Source: Octopus sinensis (Eukaryota). From it: DNA of 64,000 nt. Shown here in pieces: positions 13,365 to 25,024 of this stretch. Within the stretch, counting starts at the first letter, position 1. Each line of letters begins with the position of its first letter. Location: positions 119,846,001-119,910,000 of the forward strand of contig NC_043001.1 in the NCBI RefSeq assembly GCF_006345805.1, read 5' to 3'. The notes beneath the pieces are model-generated. The model saw nothing but the letters and a program-made list of their open reading frames with translations, had not been told where the DNA came from and ran no database searches. A program made the translations under genes and the position numbers.

Positions 13365-13404
<40 letters not shown>

Positions 13405-14089
13405 GAGGGATGAGGTGGTGAAGCATGATCTACAAACTTTGGCTTCATGGAGGCAATGACTAGTGACCGAGACATTTGGCGATATGCTGTGCTTGAGAAG
13501 ACTTGACAAGCCAAGTGAAATCGCAGCCGTGGCTGATGCTGGCACCACATAACGAGCACCCATGCAGGTGAAACATAAAAAGCGCCTTTCAAGCATTGAC
13601 ACTCATGGAAGCAAAGTGGTTGAGTTCCTTTCAAATGTTGGGCTTCACAAAGGCAATGACCATGACCTTTGGCATTATGTTGGGCTTCAAGCATTGGACC
13701 TCACAGAGTCCATTTGGCACTATGCCGTGCTTGAATCGTGGCAGATACCAGTGTCACACAAATGGTACCCATGTCGGTGGCACGTAAAAGCACCCATTAC
13801 ACTCTTGGAGTGGTTAACATTAGGAAGGGTATCAAGCTGTAGAAACCATATCAAAACAGACTAGAGTCTGGTGCAGCATTCAAGCTTGCTAGCCCTGGTC
13901 AAACCATCCAGCTCATGCCAGCATGGACAACAGACTTTAAATGATGATGTTGACAGGCCAAAAGAAACTATGCTCAGCCACTTATGATAAACAACTCAAA
14001 GAAAAGTCTGGGAGTGAATAAACACTTAATCTATAATTGTTAGTCAGGCAAAATATATCTTGTCAGACAAATGACTATGGACTAAATGT

Positions 14090-14254
14090 CTGTGTGTGTG
14101 TGTGTGCATATATATATATATATAGATATGGACATATATATATATATATATATACATATATATATACACATATATATACATATATACATACATATATACA
14201 CATATATACATATATACATACATATATATACATATATATACATACATATATATA

Positions 14255-14315
<61 letters not shown>
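14090..14315. repeat. Compound (TG)n/(TA)n/(TACA)n microsatellite
   Basis: Seen directly; ends ~45 nt from the exon 7 donor. Similar tracts at 24590-24860, 27690-27900, 48590-48680, 60880-60950, 61140-61235 and 61825-61990. Confidence 0.95.
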
Positions 14316-14320
<5 letters not shown>

Positions 14321-14359
14321 GTGTATGGTGTTGGTAATAATGGTAAATAAAATACTTAC

Positions 14360-14485
14360 AATCTGGACATAAGTTATTAAACCATTCCTCAGGCGCTCCA
14401 AAGCCGCAACACAGTCATTTGCTATAGGGAATGCTAGACCTTGCATAGTTTGATTCTTTGTATCAATGTTCACATCAGTATTCAC
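14360..14485 (-). CDS. TWF: Twinfilin coding exon 7 ([42 protein letters not shown])
   Basis: AG/GT-flanked 126-nt exon; DTKxQTxQGxAFPI motif; visible in the ORF track (14075..14485). Confidence 0.96.
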
Positions 14486-16093
14486 CTAAAAAAAAGAAGA
14501 AAACAGACATATATAATATGTATGCATTTACATGTATACAATACTGATTCTATAAGGTAATTCAACATGTTAGTAATAGCAACCAAATCTTTTAGAAATC
14601 CCACCCTAATATCTTAAAAAAGTGAAAGAACATGATGAACAATGTAGGTAATTCTAGATATACGTCATCATAGGACTTCTTATTCAGAGCAGCACTGAAG
14701 TTAAACAATAACTGGTATAGTCAACACTCTGTTCAGGGCAATGAAAGTGAAGAAAGACTAAGCACAATACCAGATTAAATGCCATACAATATTTAGTTTT
14801 GTTCCTCTATGTTCAGAGTTCAAACTCCTACAAGAATCAACTGAGGTTTTTTTTTCTTTTACATGACTTAACCTGAAGGGAAGGGCCTTTTTTCTGTGGT
14901 AACTGAGATTGGTTGAAAGTAGGGACTAAGTTCTCATCAGACCGAAGACTTTCACTGAATGCTCGCAATTGAGTGGATTCAGCAAGAAACATCAAGTCCT
15001 GGTAAACCAGTAAGATGGATTATGTCCACCAAACCAAACGCAAGGGCAGCTCTTCATCCACTGAGTTTCCAGACAATTTCTACCTACCAAATGTGAGTTA
15101 CAAGGCTTTGGTAGGAGACCATGCAATGGAATCAAACTGAAAACCACATAGTTGCAAAGCAAACTTCTTCACTACACGACCAAGCCTGCTCTTCGTGCTA
15201 ACAAGATCAATAAAAAAGAAATATCAGTCATGTACCAGGGTTGATTAAATCAAATATACTTCCTCTTAGTTCCAAGATCTTGCGCCAAAGTTAGAAATTG
15301 TTATTATTGTAGGGGCTGTTGACGTGTTTAGTGAGATGTCAACCTCAATAATATGTGTATAATTAAAAAGAAATATGAGCTAAGGGAAATAACTCAAAAG
15401 CAAGAGTTCAGCCAACCTCAAAATAACATTTATTCATGTTATTTTGCCTATCTATGTCTTTACATTTGAGAGGATTTGCCAAATACATGCCACTCGATTT
15501 ACTAGAATTAGTAGCCAAATCGCCTGCTTTTCACACCTTACAGTCTTAAAACACGATGGATTGGGTAGGGTTCCTGAGAGTATTGTACCTGAGTAAAATA
15601 AGGAATGATCACAATTTGAATGTTGGTAATCACAGGTCTGCTCAAAGGCCAAGTAACAACATATCTTTGGATCATATCTCATCAGCAGTACCATACTACA
15701 TACCAGACTTGACTTGACTTGACTTTGCCTACAATTTCTCCATGTTCAACAAAGCAAGTAACAGTAATACACTGAGATCAATTTAATCAACAATATCCCC
15801 AGGTTTATAAAAATTAACCTTGTTACTTGTCCAATGAAACTGAGATTTGATATGATATAACTATTTAATGCTTAGGTTAAGGCAGTTGTGTAATTAAGAA
15901 GCTTGCTTTGCAATTACAGGGTTTCAAGTTGAATCTCACTGTGCAGCATCTTGGACAAGCATCTTCTATTGCATCCTTGAGCCAACCAATGCTTTGTGAG
16001 TAAAATTGGTAAACAGAAAATATGAGGAAGCCTACCACATATACATTCAAAAATGTGTGTATGTATGTTGTGTGTGTATGTATGTTGTGTGTG

Positions 16094-16131
<38 letters not shown>

Positions 16132-17864
16132 TGAGTTCGGAGGGGTATAATATCTGGGCAGATACCATATTAGCTCTTAGTTGAGTTCCAGTTAATAGTG
16201 TCTAATGACTGTGATTACAATTAGCTGTTAGTTGCTCTGTGGACTCTTCCAATGGGTAATTCTGTGTACTCTTCGCAAGATGGTACAAATCGTCTGGAGT
16301 ATATATTAATATTCATCATCATCATCATTCTTTAACATTCGCTTTCCATGCTAGCATGGGTTGGACGATTTGACTGAGGACTGGCGAACCAGATGGTTGC
16401 GCCAAAGAGTTCTCCATCCACAAAATTTATTTCATAGTTATATACAGCGTATTATAATGACCTGCATGTGTTTCTGCAACAGCAGCTACTCGCTGTTGAA
16501 AATGCAGCCTTGGTGCAGCTACATCGGGGTATATCCATTTGGTCGTCCTCATGTGTGTGTGTGTGAGCATAAATGTTGATTCAGCATGTCATCATTAGAA
16601 TCATCTAGGTGAAAGACGATGACATCGTTTACTATCTTCAGTGAACAAATCTTCCCAAAGTGTATCAGAGACATGATGGTCAGTGGAATGAGAAAGAAAT
16701 AAAATACATAATTTGAAAAGCAAGTAAGGGTTTGGTGTCAAGAACATCTGGACAGAAAATCTGCTTCATTAAAACAACAATGATGAAGATTTAATATCCA
16801 ATATGTGATGTTGTTATTCCAGCTGTAACCATCCTATTGTTTTAGGTATAGTACAGATAAGACTACAATATCCAATGTTATTTTAGCCAGAGAGGTGAAA
16901 TTTGAGAGAGATCTGGCTACTATTTCTAAAAGGTGATTTATTGCATAGAAATCTCATTTGAATAGCAAATGCTGTAGTGTGAAGAAAAACAGGTATAAAA
17001 TATCACCTTAACAGTCCAGAAAGATGAAAGAGACCAGCTGAGCATTAAAGACATCAGCCAATGTGCAATAATTCTGCTGGTACATCAATGACCTTTTCCC
17101 CATCACCTACAACATCCACTCCTCTACAGATGATCTCCTCACTTCATTCCTCCCTAACTTTTCATATTCAAACTTCATTCACCAGCAATGCACTGGCATG
17201 CACCAAAGTTGTTGCACCTATCTTGTCTCCATCAATAGTGAAAGAACATAATCACTACACACACAAAAAAAACTCACTGCACATCTCCCACAAACACAAG
17301 TGGTAGTAGTACGGGTTCATGCACTGCAACAGTGCATTACAGCAACAGAGCATCACTGCAAAAGTGCATCACTGCATCCACCATTTGTTGGCAATTCCCT
17401 ACACCTTTGCACTATTCAGGTAATAACCCTTCAATAATTGGGTAGTCGTTGCTGATAAGGATTTTATGAGGTCAAAATGCAAACCCTTCCTCAACCTCTT
17501 TTAGCTGCTCTTTACAAAACACAGAGGAAATGTTGGGTCTCTTCTTTGATATGCTGGTCGCCACACTAAACTAGAGCAGGTACACAACACACCACCCAGT
17601 CCAGGAAATGAACTCACAATCACCAGATCATGAGTGCAACACCCTAACCATTAGGTCACACACCTTTACACAGCATGTAACAAAAGAAAATTCCCATCCA
17701 TGCTGGCAAGAAAAAATATATAAATAAAATAAATGTAAAGTAAGAAAAATAATTTTAAAAAGTTTAAAGAAAAAAAAAACCAACACTGAAAATATGAACA
17801 AAGATATGAAAAGAGACAGTAAGAAACAAACTGCCTGACAATGCTGAAGATGAAAAATACTTAC

Positions 17865-17969
17865 TTCAGTTTTCCTAATAATTTCTAGTTCTTCCTCAGC
17901 AAACGTTAGTGGAGCAGGTGCCTTTTGGAATTCTATGTGTTTGAGAAAGCCATTCAGAGAGATATCCTC
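17865..17969 (-). CDS. TWF: Twinfilin coding exon 6 (EDISLNGFLKHIEFQKAPAPLTFAEEELEIIRKTE)
   Basis: AG/GT-flanked 105-nt exon; APAPLTxAEEEL linker motif. Confidence 0.96.
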
Positions 17970-20322
17970 CTAAAAATATTAAAGTATGTAAAGTTGATAA
18001 GTATTTGATCCCAGGTTGGATTTACATAACGAAATGACAAGAGAGGAAGAGAAATACTAAGGGGTGGTGAAATAATCTGTGGAGACACCAAAGATGGAGG
18101 AGCTTGATAAGTGAGGCTGAAGAGACTACTGACTATGGTGAGAAGGAATCAACAATAGTGAGGTGACAGAGAGATATGGTTAAGGGGAAACACTAACAAC
18201 AGTTGGATAGGAGATAGACAGGAACAACTGGGATATGGGAAGAGACAGTGACATCAAATGGTAGGAGATTAAGACAATAGTGGGATGAGAGAGAGACTGT
18301 GATAATAGTGAGGTAGGAGAGAAAGATTGTAACAACTATAGGTTAGAAGAGAAAGACTACTATAAAAGTGGTGTAGAACTAGAGCTCTTAAAATCATATT
18401 AAATACTAAGTCTTAGTATCACTAATGACCTCCCTTGGTAGTCTTCCTCACATCTACAAGAAAAAAACTGCATCCCAAAGACTGACCTGGCTCTACTATA
18501 CCCACATCTGAAACAATGCAGCTACTGCACATATGAAAATCCAAGACTACCCAAAAGAAAGTCATCAAACTGATTGGCAAGGTCCCACTCTATCAGCATA
18601 TTCTAACTGCTAACCCACAGACATGCAGTATTTTCACTCTGCCTCTGAATTTCATGAAAAGTAGTAGCATGGCACTTTCAGAAAATAATGGACATTAGAA
18701 AGTAACCTAAAAAACAATATATATACATATATATATATCATCATCATTATCATCATCGCTTAATGTCCGCCATCCATGCTGGCATGGGTTGGACAGTTTG
18801 ACAGGAGCCAGCCAGGTAGAAGACTATAACATACTTCTGTGTCTGTTTTGGCATGGTTTTTATGGCTGGATGCCCTTCCTAACACCAACCACCCCACAGA
18901 GTAGACCAAATGCTTTTTATGTGGCATCAGCACAGGTGAGGTCAGTTTTGGCATGGTTTTTATAGCGGATGCCCTTTCAAATGCCAACCACTTCAGTGTG
19001 GACTGGAAGCTTTTTATGTGGCACCAGTACCAGCAGGGTCGCCAAGTAACCTGCAAGTCAAGGAATTTTGAGAGGAGAGGAGGCATTGGAGGTGGTGATC
19101 TTGTGTTGGATGATGAAAGTATAGAGTGTGACAGTGAGACAGAAACAGGTGTCTTGCTATAGAGGTATGGTCATGTGCTGCATGAGAGCTGTGTGAAGAA
19201 GTGTCACTCCCTAACAGTGGAATCATCAGGCAACACACAGTACTTGAGGAGACCTAATGAGTCGAGTGAAATCAAAAATCAAACCATAATCAAATGGAAA
19301 TTGTAGTTGTGGCCAATGCCAGTGCCACCCAACTGGCTCCCATGCTAGTGGCACGCAATAAGCACCATTCATGTGTGGGTCGTTGCCAGTGCCCACCTGA
19401 CTGGCTCCCCATGCCAGTGGCACATAAAAAGCACCCACTACACTTTCAGAGTAGTTGGTGTTAGGAAGGGCATCCAGCTGTAGAAACACTGCCAGATCAG
19501 ATTGGAGCCTGGTGCGGCCTCCTGGCTTGCCAGTTCCCAGTCAAACTGTCCAACCCATGCCAGCACAGAAAACGGACGTTAAATGATGATGATGATGATG
19601 ATGATAATATAAATACAAGTACAACATCAATTTTGAGGAACAGTTGGTTCTGAAGCCTTTCTAGTTGAATGTTTTTTTTTAAACCAGAGGTCAACAGACC
19701 TTAAATCAAATTTACTTAAATAATTAAAAAAAATACAGGTATCTGTTCCCTCTCTCTCTCTCTTTCGGAGAGGCACTGAGCAGCTATACGCACACATACA
19801 CACACGGCAGTAGTAACTCCTTCCTACCGAATTCAATCACAAAGCTCCGGTCGGCTCGGGACTATAGCGGAAGACACCTACCCAAAGTGCCACACAGTGG
19901 GACTGAACCCGAAACCATGTAGTTCATTAGTGAAAATTAGTGTGGATCATAAAAGGTTCCAGACCATCAGTGACTAGAAAGTTGGTGTTGTACCTGAATA
20001 TAAGCATTGTTTGCAGGTGGTTTCTAATGTACTTAGTTGATAATTTAATAGGATTCTGACCGTTAAAAAATAAGATTTTCAAGTAGGAAATAGTGAAAAT
20101 TAAAAAATAGTAGCAGTAACCCTGGCAACCTATATTGATTTGTAGCAGTTAAAGTTGAAAATGAACAGCAAAATAACAGGTGTAGAGAATGTACAACAGT
20201 TATGGGACAGCTTCTTCCACCTGGCTAAAGTTGAAAGAGAAGAGATAACAACAGGGGGAGTGAAAGAGAGACTATGACAATAATGGTGGTGGATTATATT
20301 TCCATAAAAAATTGTGACTTAC

Positions 20323-20418
20323 TTCAACTGTGCCAAATAATTCTTCTTTTATTGCACCTCCGCCAAACTCAGATTTCAAGGTTGCCCTTGTAGCAGCGTA
20401 TACCATTTTCTCGCGCAC
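20323..20418 (-). CDS. TWF: Twinfilin coding exon 5 ([32 protein letters not shown])
   Basis: AG/GT-flanked 96-nt phase-0 exon; [18 protein letters not shown] signature. Confidence 0.97.
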
Positions 20419-20702
20419 CTAGATGAGAAGGAAGTCATCAAGACAAAAGTGAAAAAAAAAAAAGGAATAGAAACCTCAATAGTAAACATTTATGAAATGT
20501 TTATGGGAAAACCATAAAGTAATATTTATTTGTCTTCGAGAAAGGGGACCAAAATTACTTATACAGAATGGATCCATTTTAGAACTGTAGTGATAGAAAC
20601 GATTATATAAGGCTGTGATTATAAGAGTATCACTTATGCCACAGTCCCATTGAAAGATTTGAACTTAGCACAGCAAAATCATTTGTCAACATCTGTTAAT
20701 TA

Positions 20703-21072
20703 GGTGTAGGAGTGGCTGTGTGGTAAGTAGCTTGCTTACCAACCACATGGTTCAGTCCCACTGCGTAGCATCTTGGGCAACTGTCTTCTACTATAGCCCC
20801 AGGCCAACCAAAGCCTTGTGAGTGGATTTGGTAGACGGAAACTGAAAGAAGCCTGTTGTATATATATGTGTGTGTGTGTGTCTGTGTTTGTCCCCCCAAC
20901 ATTGCTTGACAACTGATGCTGGTGTGTTTACATGCCCGTAACTTAGCAGTTCAGCAAAAGAGACCGATAGAATAAGTACTAGGCTTTCAAAGAATAAGTC
21001 CTGGGGTCGATTTGATCGATAAAGGCAGTGCTCCAGCATGGCCACAGTCAAATGACCGAAACAAGTAAAAGA
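20703..21072 (+). mobile_element. tRNA-derived SINE
   Basis: Box A-like gtggctgtgtggtaag and degenerate box B; central cttgggcaa..gtcttctactatag; internal (TG)n; tail gtgctccagcatggccacagtcaaatgaccgaaacaagtaaaaga. Inverted near-full copies at 44617-44980 and 52980-53260. Confidence 0.85.
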
Positions 21073-21759
21073 GTGTTTGCTACTGATGAAAACTGTTAGC
21101 AATAATCTACTCATGATTCTTGTCTTTAATAATTCTACCAAGCCACTAACATAATGATGATGATGGTTTCTAATTTAGGCACAAGGCCAGCAGTTTAGGG
21201 TTAGGGTTATAATGAAGCAACCCCAGTACTGGGGTTTTATTTATCAACTCCAGAAGAATGAAAAACAAAGTTGAGTTCAGTGAGATTTGAATTCAGAACA
21301 TTAAAGAGTTGGAATAAATACTTCAAGACATATTGTTTGGTGTTCTGACAATTCTGCCAAATAATAACTTCTTACATAAATACAAAGCCAGAAATTTTGC
21401 AGAGAGAACAGTCAATAATATTGACCTCACTACCAGATAAGTAGTTATTTTACTAATCCTGGTCGGGGTAAAAGTTGACCTTGGCAGGATTTGAACACAG
21501 AACATAAAAATCATTGGTACTCTCTTTGATGCTCTAATGATTCTACCAATCCATCACCTTGGCAAAAGACTACTAATTTGGTAAGGAAGAGGGACAGCTT
21601 TTTGAATCAACCCTTCTTTATTACTTGTAGTCATTTTATCATCACTGAAGGTATCAAATGCTAAAGGTGACTTCAGGGAAATTTGAACCCTGAACAGAAA
21701 CAAGAATGAAGAAAAAAAAAATTCAGTAAAATATTTAATCTGAAAATAATAATACTTAC

Positions 21760-21887
21760 CGGTGAAAAGTCCGGAGACCAAGCAATAAAGAGCCATTCAT
21801 ATCCAAGGTTATTTTTTGTATCCAAGCGATATAGTAAGTAAGAAGGTTTCTTATCATCCAAATTGGCAAGGACCATTTTATCATAAT
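21760..21887 (-). CDS. TWF: Twinfilin coding exon 4 ([43 protein letters not shown]), preceded by an AC acceptor
   Basis: TCCTTAAC branch site, then ...tttcAC|AT TAT GAT; 128 nt; |gtaagt donor; carries the twinfilin motif GYEWxFIAWSPD. Confidence 0.93.
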
Positions 21888-24385
21888 GTGAAAGATCTGT
21901 TAAGGATATTATATACGTCTGTGGCATCTGTTAGTCACATAAAATCATAGATCCATAACCAGGAAGTATTGATTCATAAACAACACACACATACAGAGAG
22001 AGACAGGGGAGAGACAGACAGACAGACAATGAAAATGAGCTGAGAGAAGTGAGTGGCATGAATCTGGGCTACAAAGACGTAAGTTAAATGACATCCATAA
22101 TAAATTCTTGATTTTAATGAAATTAGATCTTCACTTCAAGCAAAGATAAAACAAACACCTAGTGGCAACTGCAACAAACTCTGAACAAAGAAGGGAGATA
22201 ATCTCAAGGAATCATTAATTACCCAGAATTGACAAGATGGTATAATATCATTACTATCAACAACATTTTAATACCACTTTCCGTGCTAGTATATACTGGA
22301 CAGAACATCGCAGACCAAGTCGTTTCTTTTTGGGAACCATCATTCCCATTGACTGGTGTGCTCACACATACTATTTCGGTTAGTTTCTATGGCTGGATGC
22401 AATTCCAATCACCAACTGCATTACAGAGTATACTGGATACATTTTCTCAAGGTACCAATATCAGAGAGGTTGAGTAGTCCTTAACAAAACAGGAATAAAA
22501 GGACCTCACAGAACGACACCTTCTCTGCTTATTTACCAAAGACTCTACCGTGTATACTGGCTGCATTTACCATGGCACCAACACTAAAGACACTGCCTTG
22601 TTCATATATACATGGGTTGGACAAAATAATGGAAACACCTAGCATCATAATTTTGAAATATTTATAAAACCGTCAAAAGCTTGTTTATTTTTATGTTTTT
22701 TTTTATTTATTATTAGTGTTGCTTAATAGGTTTTGCTAAAATTGCTGTTTCTTTTCAGATATCATCAGAAAAAGGTAATTAAAATTCATTAAAATGACAA
22801 ATCTATCGGACTTTCAAAGAGGTCAAATTGTTGGTGCTCATATGGCAGGCGCTAGTGTAACGAAAACAGCCAAAATGTTTGGTGTATCAAGAAGTACTGT
22901 CTTGAAAGTAATGACAGCATTTGAGAAAGAGGGAAAACCTCCTTGTCGAAGCAAAACTCCAGAAGAAAACCAAAACTTTCAGATAGGGACCGTCGGAATT
23001 TTACACGAATTGTTAGAAAGGATCACAAAAGTACAGCTCCAAAATTACTGCAGAGCTTAATGACCACCTCAAGAACCCAGTTTCCACAAAAACTGTTTGC
23101 CAGAAGTTGCACAAAGCCAGATTTCACAGGAAGGCTTCAATCAGAAAACCATACTTTCAAAAACAAACGTTGCAAAGTGTTTAGAGTGGAGTAAAAACCT
23201 ACAGAATTGGTCCTTAGAGTAGTGGAAGAATGTTATTTTCTTGGACAAGTCATTCCTTTACCATATTTCTGACAATTGGCTGGGTATACATGTGGAGACA
23301 ACCAAAAGAAGCATCTGACCCAGACTGCCTTCTTCCAACTGTTAAACATGGAGGATCTGTGATGATCGGGGGGGGGGGGCTATATCTTAGAAATCCACCA
23401 GTCCAATGGTTTCTCTTCATGCCATTTCTAGCATGTCAAGTCACATTTATTGGTTCATCTGTCAGGAGCTATTAAAGAGATATCTGCACCCATAAGTCCA
23501 AGCTCAAGAAAAGTTTCCTTCACAGTATTGTCACCACACTAAATAATATTCTTGTCAGGCTGTAAGAAATAGCAGTCAAATCTTCCCTCAAACCACACTC
23601 TACCATCTTCAATAAGGAAGGGTCAGACTGGCCAATAGAATCCTCCAGTTTTCATACTTGCATCTGACAGAAGAATCTTATTTGAAACCGTTTTACAGCT
23701 GGATGACTTTTTAATGCCATCTCTTATCCGTTTCCTAAGTAAGAAGTTTCTAATTCAACATGAATTCCAAGGCACAATGTAACCGGATAATTTATTGACA
23801 GGAGAAACTAACACCACCTGTTGCTCTTTCGTATAAGCAATTTCAGATGTAAAAAAAACTACATCGATAAATACACACACACCATCATCATGTAACATCC
23901 ACTTTTCTATGCTTCTTTAGGTCAGATGGAATTTGCAAGGCAGATTTTCAACAGCCAAATGCCCTTCCTGTCATCAACCTTCACTTGTTTCTAAACAAAG
24001 TAATATACCCCATACCCAGATATGGTTTTTAAGGAAGACTGGCTTACTCTGTACTTTTATAGAGTACAAATGCATTATTCTTATACCAGAATATTGTTGA
24101 CAGTGACCTCAAAGTTTCAGCTAGCTAAACCATCATCAAATAGCAGTCTAACAATGACTTAGCTGGCTGAAATTCCAAAGTCACTGGCAATAGCATTCTT
24201 GTATAAGAATAATAAATGTGTGTATGTGTGAAAGAGAGAGAACTTTTGTCAAGACATCACATGATGGTCGTAAATGAGCATCAACATCATGCAAGTGAGG
24301 TTGTTTCCAGATTTCTGTGGAAAACATGTCTTGCTGCGGGAAAATATTAACTTGCTTCAAAAAAGTTGGGCGTTATATATGTATG

Positions 24386-24421
<36 letters not shown>

Positions 24422-24973
24422 AAATGTTACATATAACATAGCATTAACTACTTCTTATTTCATGTGAAAGTTAGTATTTAGATACAGCTGGTGATATTGA
24501 AGTTTTTAATTTGTGAATAAACTAACACCATAAGGAATAGTATTTTTTTTTTGTCAGTCTTTCATTAAATTTCTATCTAGGGTACATCATTGATACACAT
24601 GCATACATACACACACACATGCATACATACACACACACATGCATACATACACACACACATGCACACATACATGCAAACAAATATGATTATAGACATACAA
24701 ATACACAGAGGTGCAGATACACACACACACAAGTGCATATAGGACAAATGGTAGATACATACACCATGTCTGTGTGTGTGACACACATACAAACACACTC
24801 AATCACCAAAGTACTGACAGACAAGAAGACAATTACATACATACACTCGCACACAGTTACATTTCTTGAGATATTACAATACTTCTTACATCTAAATACC
24901 TGACTAAGAAAATACTACAAGGTCCATCATGAACTCAATATATATACCATTATATAAATGCAGATAAGGATAT
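21888..24973 (-). other. U12-type (minor spliceosome) AT-AC intron in twinfilin, 3086 nt
   Basis: 5' splice site ATATCCTTA (24973-24965), branch site TCCTTAAC (21906-21899), terminal AC (21889-21888); splicing restores WxxDYD. Confidence 0.92.
22611..23420 (+). mobile_element. Truncated Tc1-like transposon inside the U12 intron
   Basis: TA followed by TIR-like catgggttggacaaaataatggaaacac; frames LSDFQRGQIVGAHMAGASV..., RKPKLSDRDRR, PTVKHGGSVM; frameshifted, no right TIR seen. Confidence 0.85.
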
Positions 24974-25024
24974 CACTTTTCCAGTCACCCTTTGGCAACA
25001 AATGTTTCTCTAAAACTAGCTCTT
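24974..25024 (-). CDS. TWF: Twinfilin coding exon 3 (EELVLEKHLLPKGDWKS-D), ends at a U12 ATATCCTT donor
   Basis: ttgcag| acceptor, 51 nt, followed directly by ATATCCTTA; joins exon 4 in frame to give WKSDYDK. Confidence 0.92.

Noticed and set aside
14037-14372. Long ORFs over (TA)n/(CA)n/(GAT)n/(ATT)n tracts (also 2604, 24577, 27674, 61668-62125)
   Set aside because: Stop-free only because of microsatellite periodicity (poly-YI, poly-M, poly-I).
20703-20770. tRNA genes at SINE heads (also 28540, 41670-41737, 44930-44980)
   Set aside because: A/B boxes are present but there is no complete cloverleaf, and each continues into SINE body sequence.
21673-21927. ORF-track start [14 protein letters not shown] as a protein N-terminus
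   Set aside because: This is intronic read-through across the U12 branch site. Real upstream exons exist.
21897-24976. Conventional GT-AG splicing of twinfilin exon 3 to exon 4 (AAA|GTGATA ... ACAG|AT)
   Set aside because: It keeps frame but gives WKNLSHYDK, two residues longer and losing the conserved Asp. The donor is weak, whereas all three U12 signals are perfect. It might still be a minor product.
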